The notes under the pieces were generated by a model that saw only the letters and a program-made list of their open reading frames with translations, did no database searches and was not told the DNA's origin. From assembly GCA_030835405.1 (NCBI GenBank), contig JAURPG010000106.1, forward strand, positions 6,067 to 70,066: DNA of 64,000 nucleotides, given 5' to 3'. Made by a program: the position numbers and the translations under genes. Within the stretch, counting starts at the first letter, position 1; every line of letters begins with the position of its first letter. Below are positions 1 through 9,870 of this stretch, in pieces. The stretch is from Gammaproteobacteria bacterium (GTDB lineage: Bacteria > Pseudomonadota > Gammaproteobacteria > Eutrophobiales > Eutrophobiaceae).

Positions 1-2
1 AT

Positions 3-1241
3 GAACCGGCCGAATCCACCAATATCCCGGTAGGGCCCGATGGCAAAAAGATCGGCCTGTTCTTTCTTCATGGTGGGTCCGGCGATTTCAAATCCATGCA
101 CAAACAGGCCGGGTTGATTGCCGGAAAGCTGGGTTACAAGGTAGTGAGTATGAGTTATCCAGGGCGTCATGCATTTCATACCCCCGGCAGAGACTGGCCA
201 GGCCGTAATGTGACAGCCTATGATTATCATAAGTATTCTCTCGAAGTTCGTACCCCTATCTGGTTGCGTGGAGAACATATTACGCCGGACCAGTATGATG
301 TCATTAAGGATCACAGCCAGCGCCCGCGTTATGGCATTCGTACGCTCGCCCGCGCTAAACCTGGTACGACTTTCTACTATCGCATGGCCGGCTGGCCCAT
401 GGCCTTTGAGAAGGCGGGCATCACTGCCATGTTGAAGCACTTTCCCGAAGATGAGTACACCATATATGTTCATGGCCATTCTACCGGCGGCCCCTTCGTC
501 AATATACTCTCGCAAAGGGTGCCAAACGTCGCTGGCATACTCGCACTCGAGAGTTCCCCATTCGGATATATCTCTCGTGCTCGTTCAGCCTGGGGTGGTC
601 AGTTGGGAAAAATTGACGGCTTTAGCCAGGTTACCGACGAAGAGATACGTCTTGAATCCAGGGCGGACCCATTTGATGAACTCTATTTGCGCAGCTGGCG
701 TGATAGCGCACGTTACGCTGGCCCGGAATTACTGGGGCAGGAAGGCCCGGCAGCGCTAATGCGTCTACCCATGATTATGGAAGATATTCTGGATAACTGG
801 GGTGATGTGCAGAAGCGTGCCTCATTCAAGGCCGAATATATAATACATCATGGAATCCAGGACTCACTTACCGATGCCGCCATGGTAACTGCAAAACGGC
901 TGGAGCTTAACAAGGTCGATACCGCCAAACTGGTCGAGCATTACATCGGTTTGACCCGTGAACTTTCTGGGGCTGGTGTGAAGCCAGTACCACCTGTCAT
1001 GTTTCAGATCTCAGCACATAGCCGGGACCATAGTCGTGACGTGTATGAGGAGGTAATTGTGCCCATGTATAAGGCGATGGAGCCAGCACCCAGAACCTCT
1101 CTCACGCAGTTTCATGTGGGTACCCATGGATATATGAATGGGGAGGTAGTTGAGGGCTATAATGTTGGCTTCGGACCAGCCGTATTCCAGCAGTGGCATG
1201 ATGCTATTATGGGTGGCTGGTTTGAGTTTGACTCAAATTAG
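3..1241 (+). CDS. alpha/beta-fold hydrolase, 5' end lies outside the window
   Basis: The reading frame is open from nt 3 (EPAESTNIPVGPDGKKIGLFFLHGGSGDF...), upstream of the ATG the ORF track picked at 96. It has the HGG oxyanion motif and a GHSTGG nucleophile elbow (GxSxG). It ends with TAG at 1239-1241. Confidence 0.6.
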   Translation, partial: EPAESTNIPVGPDGKKIGLFFLHGGSGDFKSMHKQAGLIAGKLGYKVVSMSYPGRHAFHTPGRDWPGRNVTAYDYHKYSLEVRTPIWLRGEHITPDQYDVIKDHSQRPRYGIRTLARAKPGTTFYYRMAGWPMAFEKAGITAMLKHFPEDEYTIYVHGHSTGGPFVNILSQRVPNVAGILALESSPFGYISRARSAWGGQLGKIDGFSQVTDEEIRLESRADPFDELYLRSWRDSARYAGPELLGQEGPAALMRLPMIMEDILDNWGDVQKRASFKAEYIIHHGIQDSLTDAAMVTAKRLELNKVDTAKLVEHYIGLTRELSGAGVKPVPPVMFQISAHSRDHSRDVYEEVIVPMYKAMEPAPRTSLTQFHVGTHGYMNGEVVEGYNVGFGPAVFQQWHDAIMGGWFEFDSN

Positions 1242-1336
1242 GCTGGTTCAGACATGAACCCAGGGTAGATTATTCCCCCGCCTGGAAACCCTACGGCCAC
1301 CGCCAGACATCGTGCCCACGGTGGAGCAGAAGAAGG

Positions 1337-1990
1337 TTACTGAACAGGGACAGGATGAACCAGATTCTCTCCCTGGTGACGAGGATTGTTCACCTGGGTG
1401 CTGACAGGCCATGCTTCTATCTCACCTGCGTAAGGTTTTAGGAATCTATCACCACCATCGGTTAACCAGGCGTCATAATCATCAGGCGAAATAATCACAG
1501 GCATACGGCCATGGATGTCTGCGGTGGCCGGGGTGGACTCGGTGGTGATGATGGCGCAGCTTTGCAGCGTCCCGTTCGGATTGTCCCAGGCATCCCATAT
1601 CCCGGCAAAGGAAAACAGTTCCTGGTCCTTGAGTTTTATAAAATAGGGTTGCTTGTGATTGTTCACCTTTTTCCATTCATAGTAACCATTCGCCGGGATC
1701 AGACAGCGGCGTTTTTTTATTGAGTCACGAAAGAAGGGCTTTTTGAATATGCTGTCTGCCCGGGCGTTGATAGGTTTTAATTTGGTGTCCCTGGCCCAGT
1801 AGGGGACCAGACCCCAGTGCAGGTTGGCCAGTTCGCGATTCTGTCCCTGTCGGATCGCCGGTATTTCATTTGAAGGGGTGATGTTATAACTGGTTTTAAA
1901 ATCCGGGGCGTCTTCCAGGGCATAGTGCGCCAGGACCTTGTTCTTGTCGTTCCAGAAGGCAAAACGTCCACACATATCATAATCATACAA
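1337..1990 (-). CDS. yedK: SOS response-associated peptidase (SRAP/YedK family), an abasic-site DNA-protein crosslinking protein
   Basis: The N-terminus is MCGRFA, with the catalytic Cys2 directly after Met. Its 217 aa length is typical of SRAP domain proteins. Confidence 0.75.
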   Translation of the reverse strand: MYDYDMCGRFAFWNDKNKVLAHYALEDAPDFKTSYNITPSNEIPAIRQGQNRELANLHWGLVPYWARDTKLKPINARADSIFKKPFFRDSIKKRRCLIPANGYYEWKKVNNHKQPYFIKLKDQELFSFAGIWDAWDNPNGTLQSCAIITTESTPATADIHGRMPVIISPDDYDAWLTDGGDRFLKPYAGEIEAWPVSTQVNNPRHQGENLVHPVPVQ

Positions 1991-2010
1991 CGTACAATTT
2001 AAATGTCATT

Positions 2011-2154
2011 ATGGAAGCGTCTAATAAGCATACTATTCGTATTGTATCCGGTGGTCAGACGGGGGTTGATCGCGCTGCGCTGGATGCGTTGGACCGATAT
2101 ATGCCAATACATGAGCTTTTAAAAAAGGCGGGTAATTCTGGAATTCCGATCTGA
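2011..2154 (+). pseudogene. Truncated N-terminal remnant (47 codons) of a SLOG/YpsA-like (putative molybdenum-carrier, PF12694-like) gene at the left edge of the AT-rich island
   Basis: It translates as MEASNKHTIRIVSGGQTGVDRAALDALDRYMPIHELLKKAGNSGIPI*. The I-SGGQTGVDRAALDA signature normally opens a protein of about 150-180 aa, and here it stops after 47 codons where the base composition drops sharply. Confidence 0.4.
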
Positions 2155-2321
2155 TATACGAGATCATACTAAACAGACTAAATCCATATATAAATCTATT
2201 TCGAATCCTGAATGAATCCTTGTCCGAAATATATATACCAGGTGTCCGTATGATTATTAATTGAAGATCAAACATCACATGAATTTCTGGTAGATAATAC
2301 AGTTTCAATATTTTCAGTTTT

Positions 2322-3107
2322 ATGAAAATTCGTCCTCAATATGTTAAACAGTCAAATCCGTTACAGTTATCTGTAATACAATTTACTGATACACATATAC
2401 ATTCTGGTTCAAAGACACTTTTGCATGGTATAGATAGTTCAGAAACCCTCAAGTCGATAGTTAGACATATCAATGAACTTGAGACGCCGGACGTAATCTT
2501 GCTTACTGGTGACCTTGTGGAAATACCGGATGAAGAATCATACCTTAAGTTGAGGGCAATACTTACAGAACTCAAAGCCCCGGTCTTTTGTTTACCAGGA
2601 AACCATGATTGCCCTGCGCTTATGTATAGATTGATGAATTATGAAAATATCAAAACTGATAAATTAATAAGGGGGGAGGACTGGCAACTAATACTCCTTA
2701 ATTCAATGATGCCCGGAGAAATGTATGGGTACTTGGATAAAGCAGAAACAGTATTTCTTGAAAAAGCAATTCAGGATTTCAATGATGGGTATTCGTTAGT
2801 TGCATTACATCATCATCCTGTAAAAGTTAACAGTCCCTGGATGGATACTATGGTTCTTGAGAACGCAGATAATTTTTTTCAGATACTTGAGTCAGGCCAT
2901 AATGTAAAAATAGTAATATGTGGACATATCCATAATGAATTGGAACTGTGCATAAATGATATCCTGATACTGGGAACACCTTCGACGAATGTTCAATATA
3001 TACTCGATTCGCAACAACCCGGGTACAATACTAAACTCCCGGCATACAGGAAGATAACACTTGGCGCATCAGGATTAATTGATTCAAACATTACCTGGAT
3101 TGGTTGA
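2322..3107 (+). CDS. Calcineurin-like metallophosphoesterase (CpdA/Icc class III phosphodiesterase-like)
   Basis: The metallophosphoesterase motifs are present in order: DTH, GDLVE, GNHD, HHHP and GHIHN. Confidence 0.7.
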   Translation: MKIRPQYVKQSNPLQLSVIQFTDTHIHSGSKTLLHGIDSSETLKSIVRHINELETPDVILLTGDLVEIPDEESYLKLRAILTELKAPVFCLPGNHDCPALMYRLMNYENIKTDKLIRGEDWQLILLNSMMPGEMYGYLDKAETVFLEKAIQDFNDGYSLVALHHHPVKVNSPWMDTMVLENADNFFQILESGHNVKIVICGHIHNELELCINDILILGTPSTNVQYILDSQQPGYNTKLPAYRKITLGASGLIDSNITWIG

Positions 3108-3124
3108 TTCATTTATTAATAGTT

Positions 3125-3825
3125 TTAAATATTGTAGTTATATTTATTTACTGCATCTCTTAACTCACTATACAGCGCATTGTCTTGCAAGTTTTTCCAA
3201 GTCACGCTGTCATCCCCGCTTTTGTCGCCATGTGTATTAAAGTCCTTTGGATGTTGCGCGAGTGCAGAATCTATTTTGGCCCAGGAAGCTTTAAATCCGA
3301 CTATATCAAGTATATTGGCAAGTAGATTACGGTCCAGGTCCTCAATTCTGTAGCGAAAGTAGTTTAGATGTTTCTGACGTTCTGCCTGCTCTGTAATAAG
3401 GTTCCAGTAAATCCAGTATTTTATTGATTTCTCAAACGGTGACCCGGGATTGATATCAGGGCAGTGTTGTAAAGCAAATGCGAGTGTGCGGACTACCCGC
3501 TCACGTTCAAAAAACCTGATTCTGAGCTTTGACCGGACGACTTCTAATGGATCACGTATCTGGTGAAAAACTATCGTCCCGGGGGGAACATATGGGAGAT
3601 ATGGTGCAGCTAACCATGATGATTCCCCCAATTTTGAAATACAGGAATACGCTCCGGGTATACAATTTCCTTTGCCTTTAGGAAAGTTGTTAATGTGTCA
3701 TCCGTTTTCAGGTTCCTTAAATTATAAAAACTTTCTTCGCCACAGGTGCATCCAAGTAAACCTAACAACGTAGCCATATACTGGGTTCCCGATCTACCAC
3801 AACCAGTAATGATAAATTGTTTCAA
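3125..3825 (-). pseudogene. Sulfotransferase split by a frameshift into two ORFs (3610-3825 N-terminal part, 3125-3631 C-terminal part)
   Basis: The N-terminal piece carries the PAPS 5'-phosphosulfate-binding loop (ITGCGRSGTQY). The C-terminal piece carries the 3'-phosphate-binding RDP-x5-S region (IRDPLEVVRSKL). The two pieces are in different frames and overlap at a C5/G5 homopolymer (3625-3629). Confidence 0.55.
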
Positions 3826-4976
3826 TTGGGCCTTCCTGTAACAATTGAATTTATGGCTAATATGAATCTTTCAGCAATTAGATCAAAACTCAGATTTCTA
3901 TCATAATAATCACGAATGGCATGGGAGTATTCTCCGTATTTTTCAGTGGGGATATCCAGTACCCTCTGTGATAATTCATCTGAATTACTAATATCAAATA
4001 ATGTACCAAACTGATTATTGCCAGTCAGGTACTGGAACGAAGGTATTTTTGTAACAACAGGTATAACCCCACATGCCATTGCTTCCACAAGGGAGTTTCC
4101 ACCATATTCAGTATGACTCGCCTGTAAAAAGAAATCTGCGCTGTTATAAAAATTTTCCATTTCATCAAAATCCATGGGGCCCAGTAAGTGCACGGCATTT
4201 CCAAGCTTGTCAGATTTCTGTAAAAAATCATTGACGGTATCAATCAGTTCATTGGTTTGATGGACCCAGTACAGTCGTGCACCAGGTCTCATCTGTAAAA
4301 TATTTTCAAATCCCATGAGTAAGGTTAAAGGATCTTTGACCGGATGAAGCCGGCTTGTAGCCACGCATATGGGATCCCCGGACATTCCGGTTCTGGCCCG
4401 CGCTTCTGCACGATCCAATCTACTGAAGAAACTTGATGTTTCCGGGCAAATTGATACACGAGTTGTTGGTGAAATTAAATTTGCCTCTTCCCATATTGCT
4501 TTTCTTTCAGGTGCATTGATAAGCAATACCGATATTTTTTCCATAGCCTGTTTTTGCAGGCTGCGATAATCATAGTCAGCTGCGGGGTTACTTCCATGAA
4601 AAGAAGCAGATAATATTATTGATCTTGAATTACAAACTTCGGCTACTGTTAATATATCGGCGGGTAATATACCAAAAATATGAATTATGTCAGGATTGAA
4701 TTCATTAATGACCCTGGTTAATGATTCAGGACTGATATGTTTTGACATTAAATTTTCAATGCCACCCGTAAATGGCCTGGATTCAATCGTACGAAGATGG
4801 CCAGAAGTAAAACTGAAAACCTTCTCACTGGAGTAACCCTGGACCCAGATTGCCTCATTTGATTTTTTTACCAAGGCTTTGGTGAATTCTCTGGGATGAA
4901 AATATTGTTTTACCAGGACATCCAGGGAACCAAAATTCCCATCAAAAATCGGGTTCAAAAGGATTATTTTCAACAT
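3822..4976 (-). CDS. Glycosyltransferase family 4 (GT-B fold, group 1)
   Basis: The C-terminal region has the GT4 sugar-donor-binding motif EYGGNSLVEAMACGVIPVVT (E-x7-E). Size is 384 aa. Confidence 0.75.
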   Translation of the reverse strand: MLKIILLNPIFDGNFGSLDVLVKQYFHPREFTKALVKKSNEAIWVQGYSSEKVFSFTSGHLRTIESRPFTGGIENLMSKHISPESLTRVINEFNPDIIHIFGILPADILTVAEVCNSRSIILSASFHGSNPAADYDYRSLQKQAMEKISVLLINAPERKAIWEEANLISPTTRVSICPETSSFFSRLDRAEARARTGMSGDPICVATSRLHPVKDPLTLLMGFENILQMRPGARLYWVHQTNELIDTVNDFLQKSDKLGNAVHLLGPMDFDEMENFYNSADFFLQASHTEYGGNSLVEAMACGVIPVVTKIPSFQYLTGNNQFGTLFDISNSDELSQRVLDIPTEKYGEYSHAIRDYYDRNLSFDLIAERFILAINSIVTGRPN

Positions 4977-5164
4977 ATTAATATTATATAAATTATATGC
5001 CAGTTAATTAACTTACGGCGAACATTTCGGTTAACCGGGAAACGCATACACTACATTCGATAATAATAACATCTTATACTAAGGCAATTATGAAATTCCG
5101 TTACTGTCCCGGATAAACTGTTGCCCTATGGGGCCGTTTTTCAAGGATTGCTTAATTGTGCCTT

Positions 5165-5947
5165 TTAATCAACACATCCATTTTCAATAGATGACAGGCA
5201 TTTGTTATATGTTGCCACCGCTTCATTCAACAGGTGTGACGGAATATCAATTTTAACGCGGTCCTCTACCTTGAGAATTTTTCCTGATTTAATCCTGTTC
5301 GATGGGTCTCCACGATAACCGGTATATCTATATAATTTGTACGTAGTCGATAATGAATGTTTCAGGTTGAGAAATTTCTGCAATCTTTCGAGTGTGACGG
5401 AAGATTCTTCAATCAAGTCCTCGTATTTTATTAATATGGAATTATCTGGAAGAGAAACGCCTTTAGCAATTTGTTCAATATTATTTATTCGACTAATATA
5501 GTATCGTGTTCCGCGTTCAACCGGCCAATTACCATATATAGGTTCAAACGTATTGACTATGCTGGATATTGTTTCTTCGGGTCTTCTCAGCAGAAATATT
5601 CTTTTTAATCCCGGATAATTTAGCACGTCGATATTCGGTGTCATTTTTTCATGATTGATCTGGTCAATAATTATTTTTCCATGGCTGAGAATTATTCTTT
5701 GCTGTTTGCAAATATCCAGGGCCAGGGTATTAAGATCCTCGATATCGTGGTAAGTTTTATTTCTTTCGCCACCTGCAATTATTTCTGGATGACTTGCCAG
5801 TAAATGCAGTAATAAAGTAGAACCAGAGCGCATGTGCCCAAGGATAAATGCGTACTTTTCCTGGCATTGCAGCCGGTTAATATACACGACCAGTTGCTTC
5901 TGGAAATCTGAATACCATTTTATTAATCTCGATTCTTCTCTGTCCAT
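5165..5947 (-). CDS. PAPS-dependent sulfotransferase
   Basis: It has the ILGHMRSGSTLL P-loop-like 5'-PSB motif near the N-terminus and is 260 aa. Confidence 0.65.
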   Translation of the reverse strand: MDREESRLIKWYSDFQKQLVVYINRLQCQEKYAFILGHMRSGSTLLLHLLASHPEIIAGGERNKTYHDIEDLNTLALDICKQQRIILSHGKIIIDQINHEKMTPNIDVLNYPGLKRIFLLRRPEETISSIVNTFEPIYGNWPVERGTRYYISRINNIEQIAKGVSLPDNSILIKYEDLIEESSVTLERLQKFLNLKHSLSTTYKLYRYTGYRGDPSNRIKSGKILKVEDRVKIDIPSHLLNEAVATYNKCLSSIENGCVD

Positions 5948-6092
5948 GTTGTTATTCCGATGCAGGCTATTACCTCTATAAAAAAGAACCAGTTAGAATT
6001 ATTGCTGTAAACTCAATCATAAACAAATAATCAATTTATGTTGAATTATTCAATTGCTGTGACACCATAATTTTAGAAACTGAATATCAAAT

Positions 6093-7271
6093 ATGTCACT
6101 GGTTATAAAAAATGTAATGTTACCAGATTGTGATCTGGCGAATGCTTTCTGTTTATCAACGAATTCTAATTCAGTCTGTTTCCGGAGCGCTGACAGTTTC
6201 GGGAAAAATGATGATGTTCTTGATCTTGATGAAGGCATGATCGCATTTCCGGGTATTATTAATTCTCATGATCACCTTGATTTTAATGATTTCCCATTGC
6301 TTCAGACCAGGATTTACGATGACTATATCGACTGGGCAAAAGACATTCATGAAAATGATAATTTCAAATATCAGATCGCCAGTTCAAAAAAAATTCCTTA
6401 TGAGAATAAAATGTTAACTGGATTAATCAAAAATCTCGTTTGCGGGATTACAACAGTAGTCAATCATGGAATAAAATCCAATACCAGGTATGAAGGAATA
6501 GAAATCCACGATCACTGTAGAATTTTACACTCAGATAAATATGAAACATGGCTGCCGATTAAAATTAATATCCCGTTTAATACCGCACCGGTAACAATAC
6601 ATATAGGTGAAGGCAAGACGGGCAGAGTAAGGCAGGAGATTGGCAGGGTACTGAAGTATAATCTGTTAAATAAAAAAATTATCGGAATACATGGAATAAC
6701 AATGGACTGTGGACAGGCAAAAAAAATCACTGCGCTGGTATGGTGTCCAGAATCGAATATTCAGCTGTATGGAAGGACAGCTTCGGTCGGGGAACTTGGC
6801 AGGTATACATCAATACTATTTGGAACGGATTCGACACTTACAGCTGACTGGAATATATGGAAACACATCAGGACCGCGAGAAATCTGGCGTATTTAGGCG
6901 ACGAGGAATTATTTTATACCTTGAACAGTAACCCGGCCAGGATATGGGGTAAATCATCAGCAGAATGCTTGACTGGTATGCAGGTGCCTGATGTGGTGTT
7001 TGCAAGGCGTAGAAAAAAGGATTACTGGGACAGTTTTTACATGACAGATCCCGAAGTAATTATGCTTGTATTTAAAAATGGCAAACCGGTTTTAATTGAT
7101 CAATCCATTTTCAAAATTTTGCAAAAAAAAATGCCAGAGTATGCAAAGTGGGGAATGATCAGGGTCCAGGATTCAATAAAATATATTCCATCCAGCCTGC
7201 TCAGGCAGTTTCAAAATGGTTATATATTCAAACAGATGCCGGTCGAAATTTTAAACACAAGTATTAACTAA
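6093..7271 (+). CDS. Metal-dependent amidohydrolase (chlorohydrolase/cytosine-deaminase-like superfamily)
   Basis: GIINSHDHLDFN carries the HxH metal-binding motif at the first beta-strand, with further His and Asp residues downstream. Size is 392 aa. Confidence 0.6.
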   Translation: MSLVIKNVMLPDCDLANAFCLSTNSNSVCFRSADSFGKNDDVLDLDEGMIAFPGIINSHDHLDFNDFPLLQTRIYDDYIDWAKDIHENDNFKYQIASSKKIPYENKMLTGLIKNLVCGITTVVNHGIKSNTRYEGIEIHDHCRILHSDKYETWLPIKINIPFNTAPVTIHIGEGKTGRVRQEIGRVLKYNLLNKKIIGIHGITMDCGQAKKITALVWCPESNIQLYGRTASVGELGRYTSILFGTDSTLTADWNIWKHIRTARNLAYLGDEELFYTLNSNPARIWGKSSAECLTGMQVPDVVFARRRKKDYWDSFYMTDPEVIMLVFKNGKPVLIDQSIFKILQKKMPEYAKWGMIRVQDSIKYIPSSLLRQFQNGYIFKQMPVEILNTSIN

Positions 7272-7325
7272 CACGATATATTATTAGTCCACGCCTCATT
7301 ACAAAAAACAGGGACAGAAATCAGC

Positions 7326-8321
7326 ATGCCGGCAAATATGACAGCAGAAGATATTCTTGGATATCAGGGGAACCTGGATCATGAGAGAATTTACCCACTC
7401 CTGGGAGTGACTGTTAAAATTCGAAGTAACGATGTAAAGATAATTAAAAATGCCGATATTGCCCTGGGACACTGGAATAACGCTGGTAATGATTTCGATG
7501 TAGACAATTCAAACTTGTGTCTGGACATCATTTTACAGGAAGAAGCGGAAATTAATTCATCAGGGGAAGAACATTTATTTATTCACAGGTATCGCGATGA
7601 TATATACCTAGCAAATTGTGATAAAAATATACTCGTGGCATTTAGAAATGCAGGCAAGGGACTGGCTTATGTAACTGAAGGTTTGGTTAATGATATTCAG
7701 GGGTTTAACTGGTTTGTCGTTGAGGCATTGTCATTATTTCTCGTGACATATCGACGTCGTGTACCCGTTCATGCGTCAGCTGTAACGAATGGTAAACTGG
7801 CTGTTGCTTTTATGGGGAAAAGCGGTGCTGGTAAATCAAGTTTGGCCTATGTTTTTATGAAGCATGGGTTCGACCTTCTTGCTGAAGATGTGATCTATTT
7901 TGGGATGGAAGACGATTTTAGAATATGGGGAAACTCCACAAAAATCCATTTACTACCAGATGCAATAAAGCTGTTTCCAGAATTATCAAACTGTGTCCCT
8001 GTAAAAAGGCCAAACGGAAAAATTAAAATACAAGTACCGGTAAATGACGTCGGTAAGATAAAACCAGTTCATTGTGTAAAAAATATTGATATCTGCCTGC
8101 TAAAACCGGACCGTAACAGCAGGGACAGCCGGATTGAACCTATTACACCAGATTACCTCAGGGACTATCTATTGTCCTCATTGGAACCGGGTTTTAATAT
8201 TGAACTGGATAGTTTAATGATATCCATGGAAAAGTTACTAAAGCAAAGACTGTACCTTTTAACGGTAGGAAGCGATATTGATGCGGTTCCTGATCTTGTT
8301 TCGGAAATCCAGGATATATAA
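7326..8321 (+). CDS. HPr kinase (HprK) C-terminal-domain-like P-loop protein, the type of predicted peptide/small-molecule kinase found in RiPP and lasso-peptide clusters
   Basis: HASAVTNGKLAVAFMGKSGAGKSSLAYVFMKHGFDLLAEDVIYF contains a Walker A (GxSGxGKS) followed by the L-x-x-DD element typical of the HprK C-terminal domain. The N-terminal half is unrelated to HprK. Confidence 0.6.
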   Translation: MPANMTAEDILGYQGNLDHERIYPLLGVTVKIRSNDVKIIKNADIALGHWNNAGNDFDVDNSNLCLDIILQEEAEINSSGEEHLFIHRYRDDIYLANCDKNILVAFRNAGKGLAYVTEGLVNDIQGFNWFVVEALSLFLVTYRRRVPVHASAVTNGKLAVAFMGKSGAGKSSLAYVFMKHGFDLLAEDVIYFGMEDDFRIWGNSTKIHLLPDAIKLFPELSNCVPVKRPNGKIKIQVPVNDVGKIKPVHCVKNIDICLLKPDRNSRDSRIEPITPDYLRDYLLSSLEPGFNIELDSLMISMEKLLKQRLYLLTVGSDIDAVPDLVSEIQDI

Positions 8322-8420
8322 TACGATAAGCATGTAACTGTTTTATCAAAAAAAGATGAATGAAACATAAAAGTCACGTTTACGAGATGAGTTCTATAAA
8401 TATGAATATGGAGATTTTCA

Positions 8421-9854
8421 GTGGTTGACATACTCCTCGCCCATGCTTTTTATATTACCAATGATACTAAACAGCGTGAAGAAAAGTTTCGCCCATATCC
8501 GCCGCTAGCAACCTTGTATGCTGCAAGTATTTTGAGAGACTCCGGGTATGAAGTCGCACTGTATGATGCGACTCTTGAGCAAAATGAGGATTCATTTCAG
8601 GAAATTTTCAATGATGTTAACCCTCGTTTATTGATTATCTATGAGGACAATTTCAATTTTTTGAGCAAGATGTGCCTGACACATGTAAGGGAAGCCACGT
8701 TACGAATGGCAAAGACCGGAAAAGATGCAGGTACCTCGGTAATTGTATGTAGTTCAGATGCCAGTGATGACCCATCAACCTACCTGGCTTGTGGAGTAGA
8801 TTATGTCATCCTTGGAGAGGGTGATGTAACAGTTAAGGAACTATCAGATAATTTATTGCAACAGTCTTCAATGGACATTGGCACGATTCCCGGTATCGCT
8901 TATATCAATGGAGACAGGGACATTTCCCAGTCACCCAGGCGTATGAACCTTAGAGACCTTGACAGCATTCCTTTTCCTGCCAGAGACCTGGTTGATATTG
9001 AGAATTATAGAGACGCATGGGAAAGCGTACATGGTTATTTTAGCATGAGTATGGTTACCACCCGGGGATGTCCATATGCCTGTACCTGGTGTGCCAAACC
9101 TATCTGGGGAAAAAGCTATGCAGTCAGGTCACCCGAAAATGTTGCCGAAGAACAGGCGTTGTTGAAACAGCATTGTTCACCTGATCATATTTGGTTCATG
9201 GACGATATATTTGGACTTAAACCAGGCTGGATTGAAAGGTATTCACTGGAGGTAAATGCAAGGGAAGCAAATATCCCGTTTATGATACAGACGCGGGCAG
9301 ATTTAATGAATCCCGAAGTCGTTAAAAGCCTTGCCGATGCCAATTGTGAAGAAGTGTGGCTCGGGGCTGAAAGCGGTAGTCAATCGGTCCTTGATTCAAT
9401 GAAAAAGGGTATAACCGTAGAGCAGATTCATGAAGCCCGGCGGTTACTGGGTAATGAGGGTATCAGGACATGTTTTTTTATCCAGTTCGGTTATCCTGGG
9501 GAGACGCTGGAGGACATCAGCTTAACCGTGGACCTGGTACGATCCGCTTTACCAGACAACATAGGCGTCAGCGTAAGTTACCCCCTGCCGGGTACCGAAT
9601 TCCATGAACTTGTTATGAATGAGATTAATGAAAAAACCCACTGGAATGAAAGCAATGATCTTGAAATTATGTTTGAAGGCGCATATGATTCGAGCTATTA
9701 CCGTAAGCTTGGAAAATTCCTGCACCGTGATCTAGATGCCCGCCTGGGTATAAGCAATGAAGATTTGAATGTTTTGCAGTGTGAATGGGAACAGCTTGTT
9801 GATTCAGCACGGAATTATGAAGCCACTGCTTCAGAAACCAGTAATACTGTTTAA
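8421..9854 (+). CDS. B12-binding domain radical SAM enzyme (class B rSAM; probable methyltransferase or other carbon-centred modifier)
   Basis: The N-terminus is a Rossmann-like cobalamin-binding region (ILLAHAF...PPLATLYAASILRDSGYEVALYDA). The rSAM cluster is RGCPYACTWC (CxxxCxxC). The annotated start is GTG. The gene sits in an operon-like array with the next four genes. Confidence 0.8.
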   Translation: MVDILLAHAFYITNDTKQREEKFRPYPPLATLYAASILRDSGYEVALYDATLEQNEDSFQEIFNDVNPRLLIIYEDNFNFLSKMCLTHVREATLRMAKTGKDAGTSVIVCSSDASDDPSTYLACGVDYVILGEGDVTVKELSDNLLQQSSMDIGTIPGIAYINGDRDISQSPRRMNLRDLDSIPFPARDLVDIENYRDAWESVHGYFSMSMVTTRGCPYACTWCAKPIWGKSYAVRSPENVAEEQALLKQHCSPDHIWFMDDIFGLKPGWIERYSLEVNAREANIPFMIQTRADLMNPEVVKSLADANCEEVWLGAESGSQSVLDSMKKGITVEQIHEARRLLGNEGIRTCFFIQFGYPGETLEDISLTVDLVRSALPDNIGVSVSYPLPGTEFHELVMNEINEKTHWNESNDLEIMFEGAYDSSYYRKLGKFLHRDLDARLGISNEDLNVLQCEWEQLVDSARNYEATASETSNTV

Positions 9855-9870
9855 ACACGAGTGAGTATTC

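Noticed and set aside
2033-2308. 91-aa minus-strand ORF in the yedK to phosphoesterase gap
   Set aside because: It has no recognisable features. The plus strand of the same interval encodes the clearly recognisable SGGQTGVDRAALD SLOG-like fragment, which I preferred as the explanation.
8322-8420. 13-codon ORF (MSSINMNMEIFSG) upstream of the first B12-rSAM, considered as a precursor peptide
   Set aside because: It is too short and has no leader/core architecture or Cys/Ser/Thr-rich core. It is in a different frame from the rSAM gene and has no ribosome-binding site. It is likely chance.
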